Source: a virus (Duplodnaviria; Caudoviricetes). Taken from it: a DNA stretch of 52,628 nucleotides. Positions 26,901-35,268 of this stretch are shown in pieces. Location: IMG/VR virus record IMGVR_UViG_3300028840_002598, positions 1 to 52,628 of that record; one strand, 5' to 3'. Position 1 is the first letter of the stretch. Each line of letters begins with the position of its first letter. A model generated the notes under the pieces. That model was not told the DNA's origin. It ran no database searches and saw nothing but the letters and a program-made list of their open reading frames with translations. Both the position numbers and the translations under genes were made by a program.

Positions 26901-28376
26901 ATGACACAGCAAGGAAACGGAAACACCGGACTGGCAATCCGCCAGGAGGGATTCGGCGGAATGTCCACCCAGGGCGTGGGCGAAACCTCAGCGCTCGCGA
27001 TCGCCGCACAGGCCAAGGCCGCGGTGGAGGCACGCTGGATCGTGGCAATGCGCCAGCGCCGGGACGTGGATCAAGTCCGCGGCGAGATCCTCCGGGAATG
27101 CAAACGCCCCGCGTTCGCGGAGGTGGCGCGATACCTGAAACCGATCGGGGATGGCGTCACCGGTCCCTCGATCCGGTTCGTGGAGGCGGCCCTCCAGGCT
27201 TACGGGAATTGCGACACGGAGGCGATCACGATCTACGATGACGCGGACAAGCGAATCGTGGAGGTGCGCGTGACCGATTTCGAGCGCAACGTGACGCACC
27301 GGAAACAGATCACGGTCACCAAGGTGGTGGAGCGCAAGTTCCTCCGCAAAGGGCAAACCGCGATCGGTACCAGGACGAATTCCTACGGTGACACGATCTA
27401 CATGGTGGCCGCGAGCGATGACGATCTCCTGAACAAGGAGGGCGCGCTGGTGTCCAAGGCCGTGAGGACTTGTGGGCTCCGGCTCCTCCCCGGGTGGCTT
27501 GTGGAGGAGTGCATGGCCGCGGTGGTCAAAACCCAGAACACCCAGGCCGCACGCGATCCGGACGCGGAGCGCAAGCGCGTGGCGGACGCTTTCATGGAGG
27601 TGAACGTCCAGCCGGCCGATCTGTCCAAGTACCTGGGGCACGATCTTGGCAAGGTGTCGCCGGCCGAATTGACGGAGCTTCGCCAGGTGTTCGCCACGAT
27701 CCGCGACGGTCAGGCGAGCTGGCCGGACATCCTGGCGCATCGCCTCGAACAGCGCGGCGAGGAGGCACCGGCGGCGCCCAAGGAGGACAGCAAGCCAGCT
27801 CCGGCGCCACAGCGCGGCACCCAGGCCGCCATGGCCGCCATGGGCAAGGCCGCGGCCGCCAAGGCCACACCGGCCGCACAGGCGCCCCAGGAGCCCGCAC
27901 AGGAGGAGGAACCGCCCCCGCCCGCTGAGGAGCCTCCACCAGTTCGCAAGCGCAAGCCGAAGCCCCAGGCCGCGCCCAAGGGCGGCAAGGCCAAGCCGGC
28001 CGCCAGGAAGCGCAAGGCCAAGCCGGCCGCGCCACCTCCCCCTCCCCAGCCGGAGCCGGAGATCCCCGAGGACGAAAAGCGAATGGCCTCGATCGAGGCG
28101 GCCGCCGCGGAGCCGGAGCCCGAACCCCAGGGCGAATTCGATCCGGACACGGACAACGCGATCGACGCGGAGTACACCGAGGACGGCGAGGCATACGACG
28201 CGGACACCGGCGAGGTGCTGGAGGACGGCGAGGAGTGGGAGGAGGAGCCCGAGGGCCAGGAGGAGGCCGCCCCCGAGGAGCCCGAGGAGGAGGACGAATT
28301 CCAGGAGCCCGACTGGATGCGCGGCCCCACGCCTCCCCGAGGCGGCGGAACGCCTCCCCAGGGCGAGGGTTTCTAG
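26901..28376 (+). CDS. Putative ssDNA-annealing/recombination partner with long disordered basic and acidic C-terminus
   Basis: Directly after YqaJ; FAEVARY.KP..GPSIRFVE..YGN and SKAVRTC motifs. Confidence 0.55.
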   Translation: MTQQGNGNTGLAIRQEGFGGMSTQGVGETSALAIAAQAKAAVEARWIVAMRQRRDVDQVRGEILRECKRPAFAEVARYLKPIGDGVTGPSIRFVEAALQAYGNCDTEAITIYDDADKRIVEVRVTDFERNVTHRKQITVTKVVERKFLRKGQTAIGTRTNSYGDTIYMVAASDDDLLNKEGALVSKAVRTCGLRLLPGWLVEECMAAVVKTQNTQAARDPDAERKRVADAFMEVNVQPADLSKYLGHDLGKVSPAELTELRQVFATIRDGQASWPDILAHRLEQRGEEAPAAPKEDSKPAPAPQRGTQAAMAAMGKAAAAKATPAAQAPQEPAQEEEPPPPAEEPPPVRKRKPKPQAAPKGGKAKPAARKRKAKPAAPPPPPQPEPEIPEDEKRMASIEAAAAEPEPEPQGEFDPDTDNAIDAEYTEDGEAYDADTGEVLEDGEEWEEEPEGQEEAAPEEPEEEDEFQEPDWMRGPTPPRGGGTPPQGEGF

Positions 28377-28422
28377 GGTAGGATAAGGCCCACACCGGAC
28401 GCCATCCGGTCCAGACCCGCCC

Positions 28423-28460
28423 GGCCCCCGCTAGATTCACCCTGGCGGGGGCCATTTTTA
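28423..28460 (+). terminator. Intrinsic terminator
   Basis: 12-bp stem GGCCCCCGCTAG/CTGGCGGGGGCC then ATTTTTA. Confidence 0.8.
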
Positions 28461-28473
28461 TGGGCGGTTTTAC

Positions 28474-28503
28474 TTGCCTCCGCTTTTACTGTGGTCCTAC
28501 AAT
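28474..28503 (+). promoter_or_regulatory. Sigma70-type (probably early) promoter
   Basis: TTGCCT-N18-TACAAT in a conspicuously AT-rich patch. Confidence 0.65.
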
Positions 28504-28545
28504 AATAGTCCGGGCCAAGTTTATTCAGCGACACAGGAGGCAACG

Positions 28546-28812
28546 ATGACACAGAAAAGAACCAGCGATGCAACCCGCGAGGACGTGATCCAGGCGATCG
28601 GCAAGTGCGATGGCATGGGAGTGGAGGCGTTCCTCACCGCGCACGGTTACCGCGCATCCCTCAAGTATCAGCTCCGCTACGGCGGCAAGCTGTATCCGTC
28701 CAAGGCGATCTTGGGCGTGGCGTGCGGCCTCACCGCGCGCCAGTTCTCCGGCGGCGCCGCGCACACGGTCCGCGTTCTCCACGGCCTCGGTTTCGAGGTG
28801 GTGTCACGATGA
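28546..28812 (+). CDS. Stand-alone ScoMcrA-like N-terminal head domain (88 aa)
   Basis: TREDVIQAI..D..G.EAFL..HG...Y.L..GK.YPSKAILGVA...FSGG..HTV..L..LGF.V, recalled from N-termini of type IV restriction enzymes. Confidence 0.7.
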   Translation: MTQKRTSDATREDVIQAIGKCDGMGVEAFLTAHGYRASLKYQLRYGGKLYPSKAILGVACGLTARQFSGGAAHTVRVLHGLGFEVVSR

Positions 28813-30113
28813 CCGCGCACGGTTTCGACGCCACCGAACTGGTGGAGCTTCTGTCCGGCGTGGACTTCCCGATCCCGGCGCCGGCGGACATCGATCTACC
28901 ACTCGATCCGATCGCCTACTTCGCCAGCGGTTGCCAGCGCGGCGAGGTTGCCGGGTTCGCGGCGATCGGCCATGACGTGGGCGTGGCCGCCGGTTCCGTC
29001 AACGCGGACGTGGAGGGCGAACTGTGCGCGCTCGCCGGAACCGATGTCCAGGCGTTCATTGACTCCGGCGCGTTCGCGGAATTCCGAGCCCAGCTCAAGG
29101 GCAAGTCCGCCCCCGTCAAGTGGGACAAGGTGATCGCGCTTTACAAGCGCGTGGGCGCCGTCCTCGGTGACCAGCTCCACGTGGTGGCGCCGGACGCCAT
29201 CGGGGACCAGGGCGAAACGCTGGCGCGCCTCGAACGCTACGCGGAGGACATGCGCGAACTGGACGCCATGGGCGTGCGCGTCCTCATGCCCGTGCAACGC
29301 GGAACGTTCACCCAGGAGAGTTTCTATCGGCGCTGTGTTGAGGTGCTGGGGTTCGAGCCTATCCCCGCGCTTCCGTGCCGCGCCAGCGCCACCTCCGTGG
29401 AGGAGGCGGAACAGTTTGTGGCCGCCGTCCAGCCTACCGTGATCCACCTCCTCGGCCTTGGGCCGCGTGGGCACAAGGCCAAGCGCTACTTGGCCCGTAT
29501 CGCGGAGGCGTGCGCGTTCACCATGGTGCAAATGGATTCGTGCATCATTGCCGCGCACGCTGGGAAAACGAAAGGGCCGGGCGGCGGCCCCCGTCGCCTC
29601 ACCGCGGCCGCGGGGATCGTCAACGGCATGGCCGAACGCGGCGAACTGTCCTCGGACGTTCAGACCCGCAAGGCGGCCGGCGTGATCCTGGCGCTCCGGG
29701 ACATGGACACCGGCAAGCGCCGCGAACTGATCGAGGAGGCCAAGCGCGCGATCGCCGCGGACGCCAAGATCGTGGACCCGGTGGAGATGCCGGCCGGCGT
29801 CCTCCTGTGGCCGGAGGGACCGGCGTCCGTTGCCCACCAGCACGCTTTCCTTTGCCACCCGGACGGCGAGGAATGCCCGGACGGTTGCGACTGCGCACCG
29901 GACCCGCTCCGGGTGGAGGCGCTCCGCGCGGCCCCGGACCTGTTCGAGAGTTGCGAGAAGTGCGGCGCCGTCCTCCTCCCCGGCCGCGAGGTGTGGCTGG
30001 AACTGGACTCCACCACCGGCAAATGGTGGCCGGAGGGCGCCGTCCCCGATGAGCGCTCCCAGGGCTGTTTCGCGTTCGGCGCGGACTGCGCCCGCAAGGC
30101 GGTGAAGCGATGA
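28809..30113 (+). CDS. TGT-fold/DpdA-like base-exchange enzyme fused to Cys-rich C-terminal domains
   Basis: FIDSGAF, VAPDAIGD, MPVQRG, IHLLG and MDS in TGT order; tail CEKC..VWLELD..SQGCFAFGADC. Confidence 0.7.
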   Translation: MTAHGFDATELVELLSGVDFPIPAPADIDLPLDPIAYFASGCQRGEVAGFAAIGHDVGVAAGSVNADVEGELCALAGTDVQAFIDSGAFAEFRAQLKGKSAPVKWDKVIALYKRVGAVLGDQLHVVAPDAIGDQGETLARLERYAEDMRELDAMGVRVLMPVQRGTFTQESFYRRCVEVLGFEPIPALPCRASATSVEEAEQFVAAVQPTVIHLLGLGPRGHKAKRYLARIAEACAFTMVQMDSCIIAAHAGKTKGPGGGPRRLTAAAGIVNGMAERGELSSDVQTRKAAGVILALRDMDTGKRRELIEEAKRAIAADAKIVDPVEMPAGVLLWPEGPASVAHQHAFLCHPDGEECPDGCDCAPDPLRVEALRAAPDLFESCEKCGAVLLPGREVWLELDSTTGKWWPEGAVPDERSQGCFAFGADCARKAVKR

Positions 30114-31021
30114 TCCGCGCGGTCGACCTGTTCGCCGGCTGGGGCGGTTTCACGCAAGGCGCGCAGGACGCCGGCGTCGACGTGGTGTGGGCGGCGAATC
30201 ATTGGCCGCTTGCGGTTCACGTCCACAGCACGAACCACCCGGGCGCCGTCCACGAATGCCAGGATCTCCAGCAAGCGGACTGGACAGCGCTCCCCGCGTT
30301 CGATCTCCTCCTCGCCTCGCCGGCGTGCCAGGGCCACAGCACGGCCTCCCAGCCGAAGCGCCGGCGCTACCATGACGCCCTCCGCGCAACGGCGTGGGCG
30401 GTGGTTGACTGCGCGGACGCCACGGAGCCCTCCGCTATCATCGTGGAGAACGTGCCCAGCTTTCGCAACTGGCGGTTGTTCCCGCTGTGGTGCGAGGCCC
30501 TCCAGCTCCTCGGCTATCACGTCCAGGACATGGAGTTGACGGCGAGCCACCACGGCGTCCCCCAGCGGCGCCGGCGCCTGTTCATTGTCGCCACGCGCCG
30601 CCAGTGTTCCCTCAAGCTCCCCAGCTCCTCCGTGGAGCCCGCGTTCGGTCCGTGCATCGACTGGGACGTGGACGGATGGCGGCCCGTCACGGCCGCCTCA
30701 ACGGGCGCACGCAAGCGCATCGCCAAGGGCCGCGCCAACCACGGCGCGCGATTCCTCACCCAGCACGTGAGCAACCACCCGGGCGTCCCCCTCGATCAGC
30801 CGATCCGGACCGTGACCACGAAAGATCAGTGGGCGGTGGTGGACGGCGATCGCTATCGCCCGCTCACCATGCGCGAGCTGGCGCGCGGAATGGGGTTCCC
30901 GGAGTCCTACGTGTGGCCGGGCGATCTCCGGCGCCGGGACGTTGTGCAAGGACTGGGGAACGCCGTATGTCCGCCCGTCGCCCGCGACCTGATCACCGCC
31001 GTGTCCTCCGAGGTGCATTGA
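30110..31021 (+). CDS. DNA (cytosine-5)-methyltransferase
   Basis: DLFAGWGG, SPACQ, ENV, QRRRR, RGMGFP, GNAV. Confidence 0.92.
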   Translation: MIRAVDLFAGWGGFTQGAQDAGVDVVWAANHWPLAVHVHSTNHPGAVHECQDLQQADWTALPAFDLLLASPACQGHSTASQPKRRRYHDALRATAWAVVDCADATEPSAIIVENVPSFRNWRLFPLWCEALQLLGYHVQDMELTASHHGVPQRRRRLFIVATRRQCSLKLPSSSVEPAFGPCIDWDVDGWRPVTAASTGARKRIAKGRANHGARFLTQHVSNHPGVPLDQPIRTVTTKDQWAVVDGDRYRPLTMRELARGMGFPESYVWPGDLRRRDVVQGLGNAVCPPVARDLITAVSSEVH

Positions 31022-31326
31022 TGCGCGCCAGGGATGCCGTGGGCCGCAAGATCGTGGCGCTCGAACAGCGCCGCACCATGACCACCGGCGGCCCGGTGTG
31101 GGAGCTGGAGGCGATCGTCCTGGACAACGGGACGCGCCTCTATGCGATGGCGCACGAACACCCGAGCGGTGACGGCTACCCGGTGGAGCTGTGCGTTTCC
31201 AAGGCGCCGCGTTGCAACGATTGCAGGCGCGGCGGCGCCTGGTTCATGATCGAATACCCGGGCGCACCCGTGACCGTGTGCCAGCGTTGCTACCACAAGC
31301 GCGCCGGCATGGAGCCGAACCGATGA
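31021..31326 (+). CDS. Hypothetical protein with CxxC pairs
   Basis: TGATG coupling; GAGG RBS. Confidence 0.6.
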   Translation: MRARDAVGRKIVALEQRRTMTTGGPVWELEAIVLDNGTRLYAMAHEHPSGDGYPVELCVSKAPRCNDCRRGGAWFMIEYPGAPVTVCQRCYHKRAGMEPNR

Positions 31327-31646
31327 CCCGGCGCGCACGGGCGCCGCGGATTTTCGTGGAGCGCGGCCAGGTGTACCGCGTTCTACGTGACGGCCAACCA
31401 CCGCGCCACGTCCAGGTGGCCAGCGTGTCCGAGGGCGCCACGTCCAAGGGCCAGCAACCGATCGCGCGCCTGTTCGAGGTGACGCGGAACGGAGCCCGCA
31501 AGGGCCGCAAGCGGATCGTGACGGCGCGCAACCTGGACGGCACGCCGCGCGAAACGAAAGCGAACCTGATCTCCCATTGGCTCACGTGGGACGTGGAGCG
31601 CCACACGTGGAACATGGGCGCACGCTTTGAACTGGTGGAGGACTGA
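31323..31646 (+). CDS. Hypothetical protein
   Basis: ATGA overlap; GGAG RBS. Confidence 0.6.
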   Translation: MTRRARAPRIFVERGQVYRVLRDGQPPRHVQVASVSEGATSKGQQPIARLFEVTRNGARKGRKRIVTARNLDGTPRETKANLISHWLTWDVERHTWNMGARFELVED

Positions 31647-31649
31647 AAG

Positions 31650-31901
31650 ATGGCCAAGACACGCAACGGGAAACCGCTCAAGGTGCGCCCTCAGCCGGCG
31701 CGCCTGTGCGACGGGCGCAACGCATGGAGGCACCTCACGCCGGAGAATCGGTGCAAGTTCCTGGCGTGGATCGCTGAGGAGGATCTGGAGGGAACGCCTC
31801 CAGGGCTCCGCGAGGCGCTCCTGGACGCCGCGGACGTTATCGCGAAACACCACGGCACGCCCGAAGCGGTGGCCGCCATCGCACGGCTGAGGCGCCGGTG
31901 A
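31650..31901 (+). CDS. Hypothetical protein
   Basis: GGAGG RBS; operon spacing. Confidence 0.65.
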   Translation: MAKTRNGKPLKVRPQPARLCDGRNAWRHLTPENRCKFLAWIAEEDLEGTPPGLREALLDAADVIAKHHGTPEAVAAIARLRRR

Positions 31902-32461
31902 GCGATCCGGATGACTGGTATCACGAGGAGGGCCGCGCGATGCCGTGGACCTATGAGGCCGCGGTGGAGCGCATCCTGGAGGAGGCGGACAAGCCCGGCG
32001 AAATTCTCGAGCCCGGCTACGCCCGCGATCGCGCCCGCGTTGCCGCGCGCGTTGCTCCGCTGGTGATTCGCATCGAACGAATGATCCACACGCTTCCGCT
32101 GGACACGCTGTCCGAGCTGGAGGCTATCCTCACCCCTTACGATCAACCGACACAGGAGGCACAGATGACACCTGAACGCAAGGGCAACTTGACCGCGTTC
32201 CTCACCATTCGATCGGACATGCCGCGCCCCAAGGACGCGCCGGAGGACTGGACGCCGCGCGTGGTCGCGGACCAGGAGGCCGCGGACTGGAGGGAGGCGG
32301 GTTACAGCGCCCGGGTGTATTCTCGCGCGCTGTGCGCCGATGGCGAACGCCTGGACGTGTGGTGCGTCCTGGTGCGCGAGCCCGTGGATCTGTCCACACC
32401 TGTGGACAGCGCTGTGGACGCGGAGGGCGGCGCGGACGATAACTTGACGCCGGCCGGCTAA
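31898..32461 (+). CDS. Hypothetical protein with probable in-frame internal start at 32165
   Basis: GTGA overlap; internal GACACAGGAG at 32149-32158 six nt before an in-frame ATG. Confidence 0.55.
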   Translation: MSDPDDWYHEEGRAMPWTYEAAVERILEEADKPGEILEPGYARDRARVAARVAPLVIRIERMIHTLPLDTLSELEAILTPYDQPTQEAQMTPERKGNLTAFLTIRSDMPRPKDAPEDWTPRVVADQEAADWREAGYSARVYSRALCADGERLDVWCVLVREPVDLSTPVDSAVDAEGGADDNLTPAG

Positions 32462-32473
32462 CTGTAGTACCAC
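32383..32473 (+). promoter_or_regulatory. Inverted repeat/DnaA-box-like cluster plus candidate promoter
   Basis: CTGTCCACA-CC-TGTGGACAG (32390-32409) with flanking half sites; TTGACG (32444) N18 TACCAC. Confidence 0.45.
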
Positions 32474-32479
32474 GGCAAA

Positions 32480-32749
32480 ATGGGTGGACGGAACGGCGCA
32501 CACGGCCCCCGCTCGCGCGGGCGGCCTCGCAAGTACCCCCAACCCTCTAGCGCGTTTTCCGCGTGGCTCAAGGAGTGGCTGGAGGTTGACGGGAACACAA
32601 TCCACGGCCTCGGGCGCTCCCTCGGGATCAGTCCGTCGACCGTGTACAATCTGAGGAACGGATACTTTCCACCGGGACGCCAGCTCGCGATCTCCATCGC
32701 GCGCGAAAGCGGCGGCGCCGTCCCGGTGGATTCCTGGGATCCCAAGTAG
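32480..32749 (+). CDS. Cro/XRE-like HTH regulator with AT-hook
   Basis: RGRPRK; LGRSLGISPSTVYNLRNG..P..LA..I..GGAV....W. Confidence 0.85.
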   Translation: MGGRNGAHGPRSRGRPRKYPQPSSAFSAWLKEWLEVDGNTIHGLGRSLGISPSTVYNLRNGYFPPGRQLAISIARESGGAVPVDSWDPK

Positions 32750-32765
32750 CGCCAAGGGGGGACAC

Positions 32766-33749
32766 GTGGGCAATCCGCGCAACTGGGCAAAGTTGGACGC
32801 CCTCCTGTGGTCCAACCCGAAGATCCTCCGCTTGCCGCGCCGGGAGCGCTGGTGGGCCGGGATCGTGTTCAAGCAACTACTCCTGATCAACCGCGCGCAC
32901 CGGTGCGACGGCGAGATCCCGGCGAGCCTCGCGGACCCGGCATTCCTCGCGGCCGCGTGCCACCTGGAGGACGCGCCGTTCCTGGACAAACCGCCTCACG
33001 ATCTGATCCGGTTCGGGCTCCGGGCCGCCACCAGGGCGAACCTGATCGCCGGCCTGGAGGACGGTCCCGGATGCCAGATCGTGGGCTGGGGGCCGGAATG
33101 GTCGCGGAGCCCGGACACGTCCACGGAGCGCGTGCGGCGCTACCGGGCACGCCAGAAAGCGGCCAAGGAGGCGGAACAACAGTCCCTCCCCCTCCCCGGG
33201 GCCGGAAACGGTGAAACGGACGTAACGGACGGAAACGCCGGGAACGGAGTAACGCACATAGAGGAGAGGAGAGGAGAGGAGAGGGATCCTACGGATCCCC
33301 CCTCCGAGATCCCGGAGGGGGGCAAGGAGGAGCCCGAGGGAAAGCCCAAGGCCAAGAGGGCGGCTCCGGAGATCCCGGAGATGGCCCACACCCTCGCCCA
33401 GCTCCTCGCGGATTTCGTGGTGGAGAACGTCCCCGGCTCCGTGTTCGCTCACCTATCGCCCAAGCAACGGGCCGCCCGGGTGATCAAGTGGGCGGACGTG
33501 GTGCGCCTCATGCACAGTCAGGACGGCCATTCCTGGGTGGACATTGAGGGCGTGATCAACTGGTGCCAGCGGGATGATTTCTGGCGAACCACGGTCCAGT
33601 CCGCGGAGGGCCTCCGGCGCAACTGGGATGCCATCCTGGGGGCGAGGATCAAGCGCGGCAACGGCAAGCCCAAGGACGTGCGCGTGGGGCGCGCGGAGCC
33701 CGCAAGCCGCGAGGAGTGGGAGCGGGAACCCGAGGAGGGGGTGGTCTAA
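32766..33749 (+). CDS. Replication initiator protein
   Basis: N-terminal W.KLD, STERVRRYRARQK, VT..EERR linker, C-terminal WCQRDDFW..V.S..LR..WD; upstream of a loader ATPase. Confidence 0.8.
   Translation: MGNPRNWAKLDALLWSNPKILRLPRRERWWAGIVFKQLLLINRAHRCDGEIPASLADPAFLAAACHLEDAPFLDKPPHDLIRFGLRAATRANLIAGLEDGPGCQIVGWGPEWSRSPDTSTERVRRYRARQKAAKEAEQQSLPLPGAGNGETDVTDGNAGNGVTHIEERRGEERDPTDPPSEIPEGGKEEPEGKPKAKRAAPEIPEMAHTLAQLLADFVVENVPGSVFAHLSPKQRAARVIKWADVVRLMHSQDGHSWVDIEGVINWCQRDDFWRTTVQSAEGLRRNWDAILGARIKRGNGKPKDVRVGRAEPASREEWEREPEEGVV
33201..33330. other. Candidate replication origin inside the initiator gene
   Basis: Six AACG-core repeats, GAGGA/GAGGG x5 purine run, then CCCCCCTCCG..CGGAGGGGGG hairpin; lambda-O-like location. 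Confidence 0.5.
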
Positions 33750-34402
33750 TGGCGAAGCGCACAGGAGCGGGCGGCCCGGTGAAGCTCGCGCCGGTTCTGC
33801 GATCGATCGCGAGGACGTGGGAGGAACGCGATCAGGAGATTGTGGCGGACCGCGAGGAGCGCGAGCGCCGCGAGGAGCGCGAGCGCGCGAAGCGATGGCG
33901 CAACCGCGTGGTAATGGGAGGCGCTCCTCCGCGGAGGCTTGAGGAGGCGCTGGTGGCGGACTCCTCGCCGGCGATCGATGCCGTGGGCAAGTGGACGCCG
34001 GAGCGGAATATCCTGGTTCTAGCCGGGCCGGTAGGCGTAGGCAAAACCGTGGCGGCCGTGCGGTGGCTCCTCGAACGCGAGTCCGGCTCCCCGCTGTTCG
34101 TGCGCGCTCCTGAATTCGAGGCCCGCGGCCGCTACGATCACGAATTCCGCGCGCTGTGGAAGCGTGCCACGGCCATGGTGCTGGACGATCTGGGCGTGGA
34201 ATACGCGGACGCCCGCGGCAACCTGGTGGCGAACCTGGACGAATTGGTGGACTACTACAGCGGGCGCCACGCCGGCCTGGTTATCACCACGAACCTAACG
34301 GACAAGGCGTTCCGCGAACGCTATGGCGAGCGCATCGCATCGCGCGTCCATGCGTTCGGCAACTGGCGCAACGTGCGAGGGCCGGACCGGAGGCGATCGT
34401 GA
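33749..34402 (+). CDS. DnaC/IstB-like helicase loader ATPase
   Basis: GPVGVGKT, VLDDLG.E, ITTNL, YGERIASR, GPDRR. Confidence 0.9.
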   Translation: MAKRTGAGGPVKLAPVLRSIARTWEERDQEIVADREERERREERERAKRWRNRVVMGGAPPRRLEEALVADSSPAIDAVGKWTPERNILVLAGPVGVGKTVAAVRWLLERESGSPLFVRAPEFEARGRYDHEFRALWKRATAMVLDDLGVEYADARGNLVANLDELVDYYSGRHAGLVITTNLTDKAFRERYGERIASRVHAFGNWRNVRGPDRRRS

Positions 34403-35265
34403 TCGTTCGAGGTGACTCCCAGAAGCTCCTCCGCAAGCTCCGCGAAGGATCGGTCGACCACGCGATCGCCGATCCACCCTACTCGGATCACGTTCACAAG
34501 TGCGGCCGCCGTGGCTGTACCGGCTACACGGAGCCCACGCGGCCAGGAGCAACCCGCGCACAGTTCAATCGCACGCGCGATCTTGGTTTCGATGCGCTCA
34601 CCGAGGATCTCCGGGCGTTCGTGGCGCGCGAACTGGTCCGCGTTGTGCGCCGGTGGATCCTGGTGTTCACCGATCACGAGGGCGGCGAGGGGTGGAAACA
34701 GGACATCGTGAAAGCGGGCGGCGAATTCGTCCGGTTCGGCGTGTGGCACAAGCTGGGCGCCGCGCCCCAGTTCACCGGTGATCGGCCAGGCGCAGGCCAT
34801 GAGGTGATCGTGATCGCCCACGCGCCGCGGCCCAAGGGCGTGCGACTCCGCTGGAACGGCGGCGGCCGTCATGCGTTCTGGGAATTCCCGATCGTCCTGA
34901 ACCGCTCCGGCCAGGACCCGCGCCTCCACACCACACAGAAACCACTCCCCCTCATGGAAGCGCTGATCAAGGACTTTACCGATCCCGGGGAATCGGTCCT
35001 GGATCCGTTCGCCGGCTCCGGCACCACCGCCGCGGCCGCCAAGCGCCTGGGGCGCAACGCCCTGGGGTTCGAGGTGGATCCGAACTATGCGCGCAAGGCA
35101 CAGGAACGGCTGGAGGCCACGTCCTATCAGGGCGATCTGTTCGCGAGTCACCCGGCCAAGGCCCCCAAGGCGGACCAGCTCGCGCTTGACATCGGCGCAA
35201 CGCCTCCAGCTCGCGGAGGCGAACCGGCCAGCGTGGGAGCGCCAGCGGCGAGCGAGGCGGAATAG
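34399..35265 (+). CDS. DNA amino-methyltransferase (N4-C/N6-A, beta class)
   Basis: DPPY precedes HTTQKP and VLDPFAGSGTT; GGAGG RBS and GTG. Confidence 0.9.
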   Translation: MIVRGDSQKLLRKLREGSVDHAIADPPYSDHVHKCGRRGCTGYTEPTRPGATRAQFNRTRDLGFDALTEDLRAFVARELVRVVRRWILVFTDHEGGEGWKQDIVKAGGEFVRFGVWHKLGAAPQFTGDRPGAGHEVIVIAHAPRPKGVRLRWNGGGRHAFWEFPIVLNRSGQDPRLHTTQKPLPLMEALIKDFTDPGESVLDPFAGSGTTAAAAKRLGRNALGFEVDPNYARKAQERLEATSYQGDLFASHPAKAPKADQLALDIGATPPARGGEPASVGAPAASEAE

Positions 35266-35268
35266 GCG

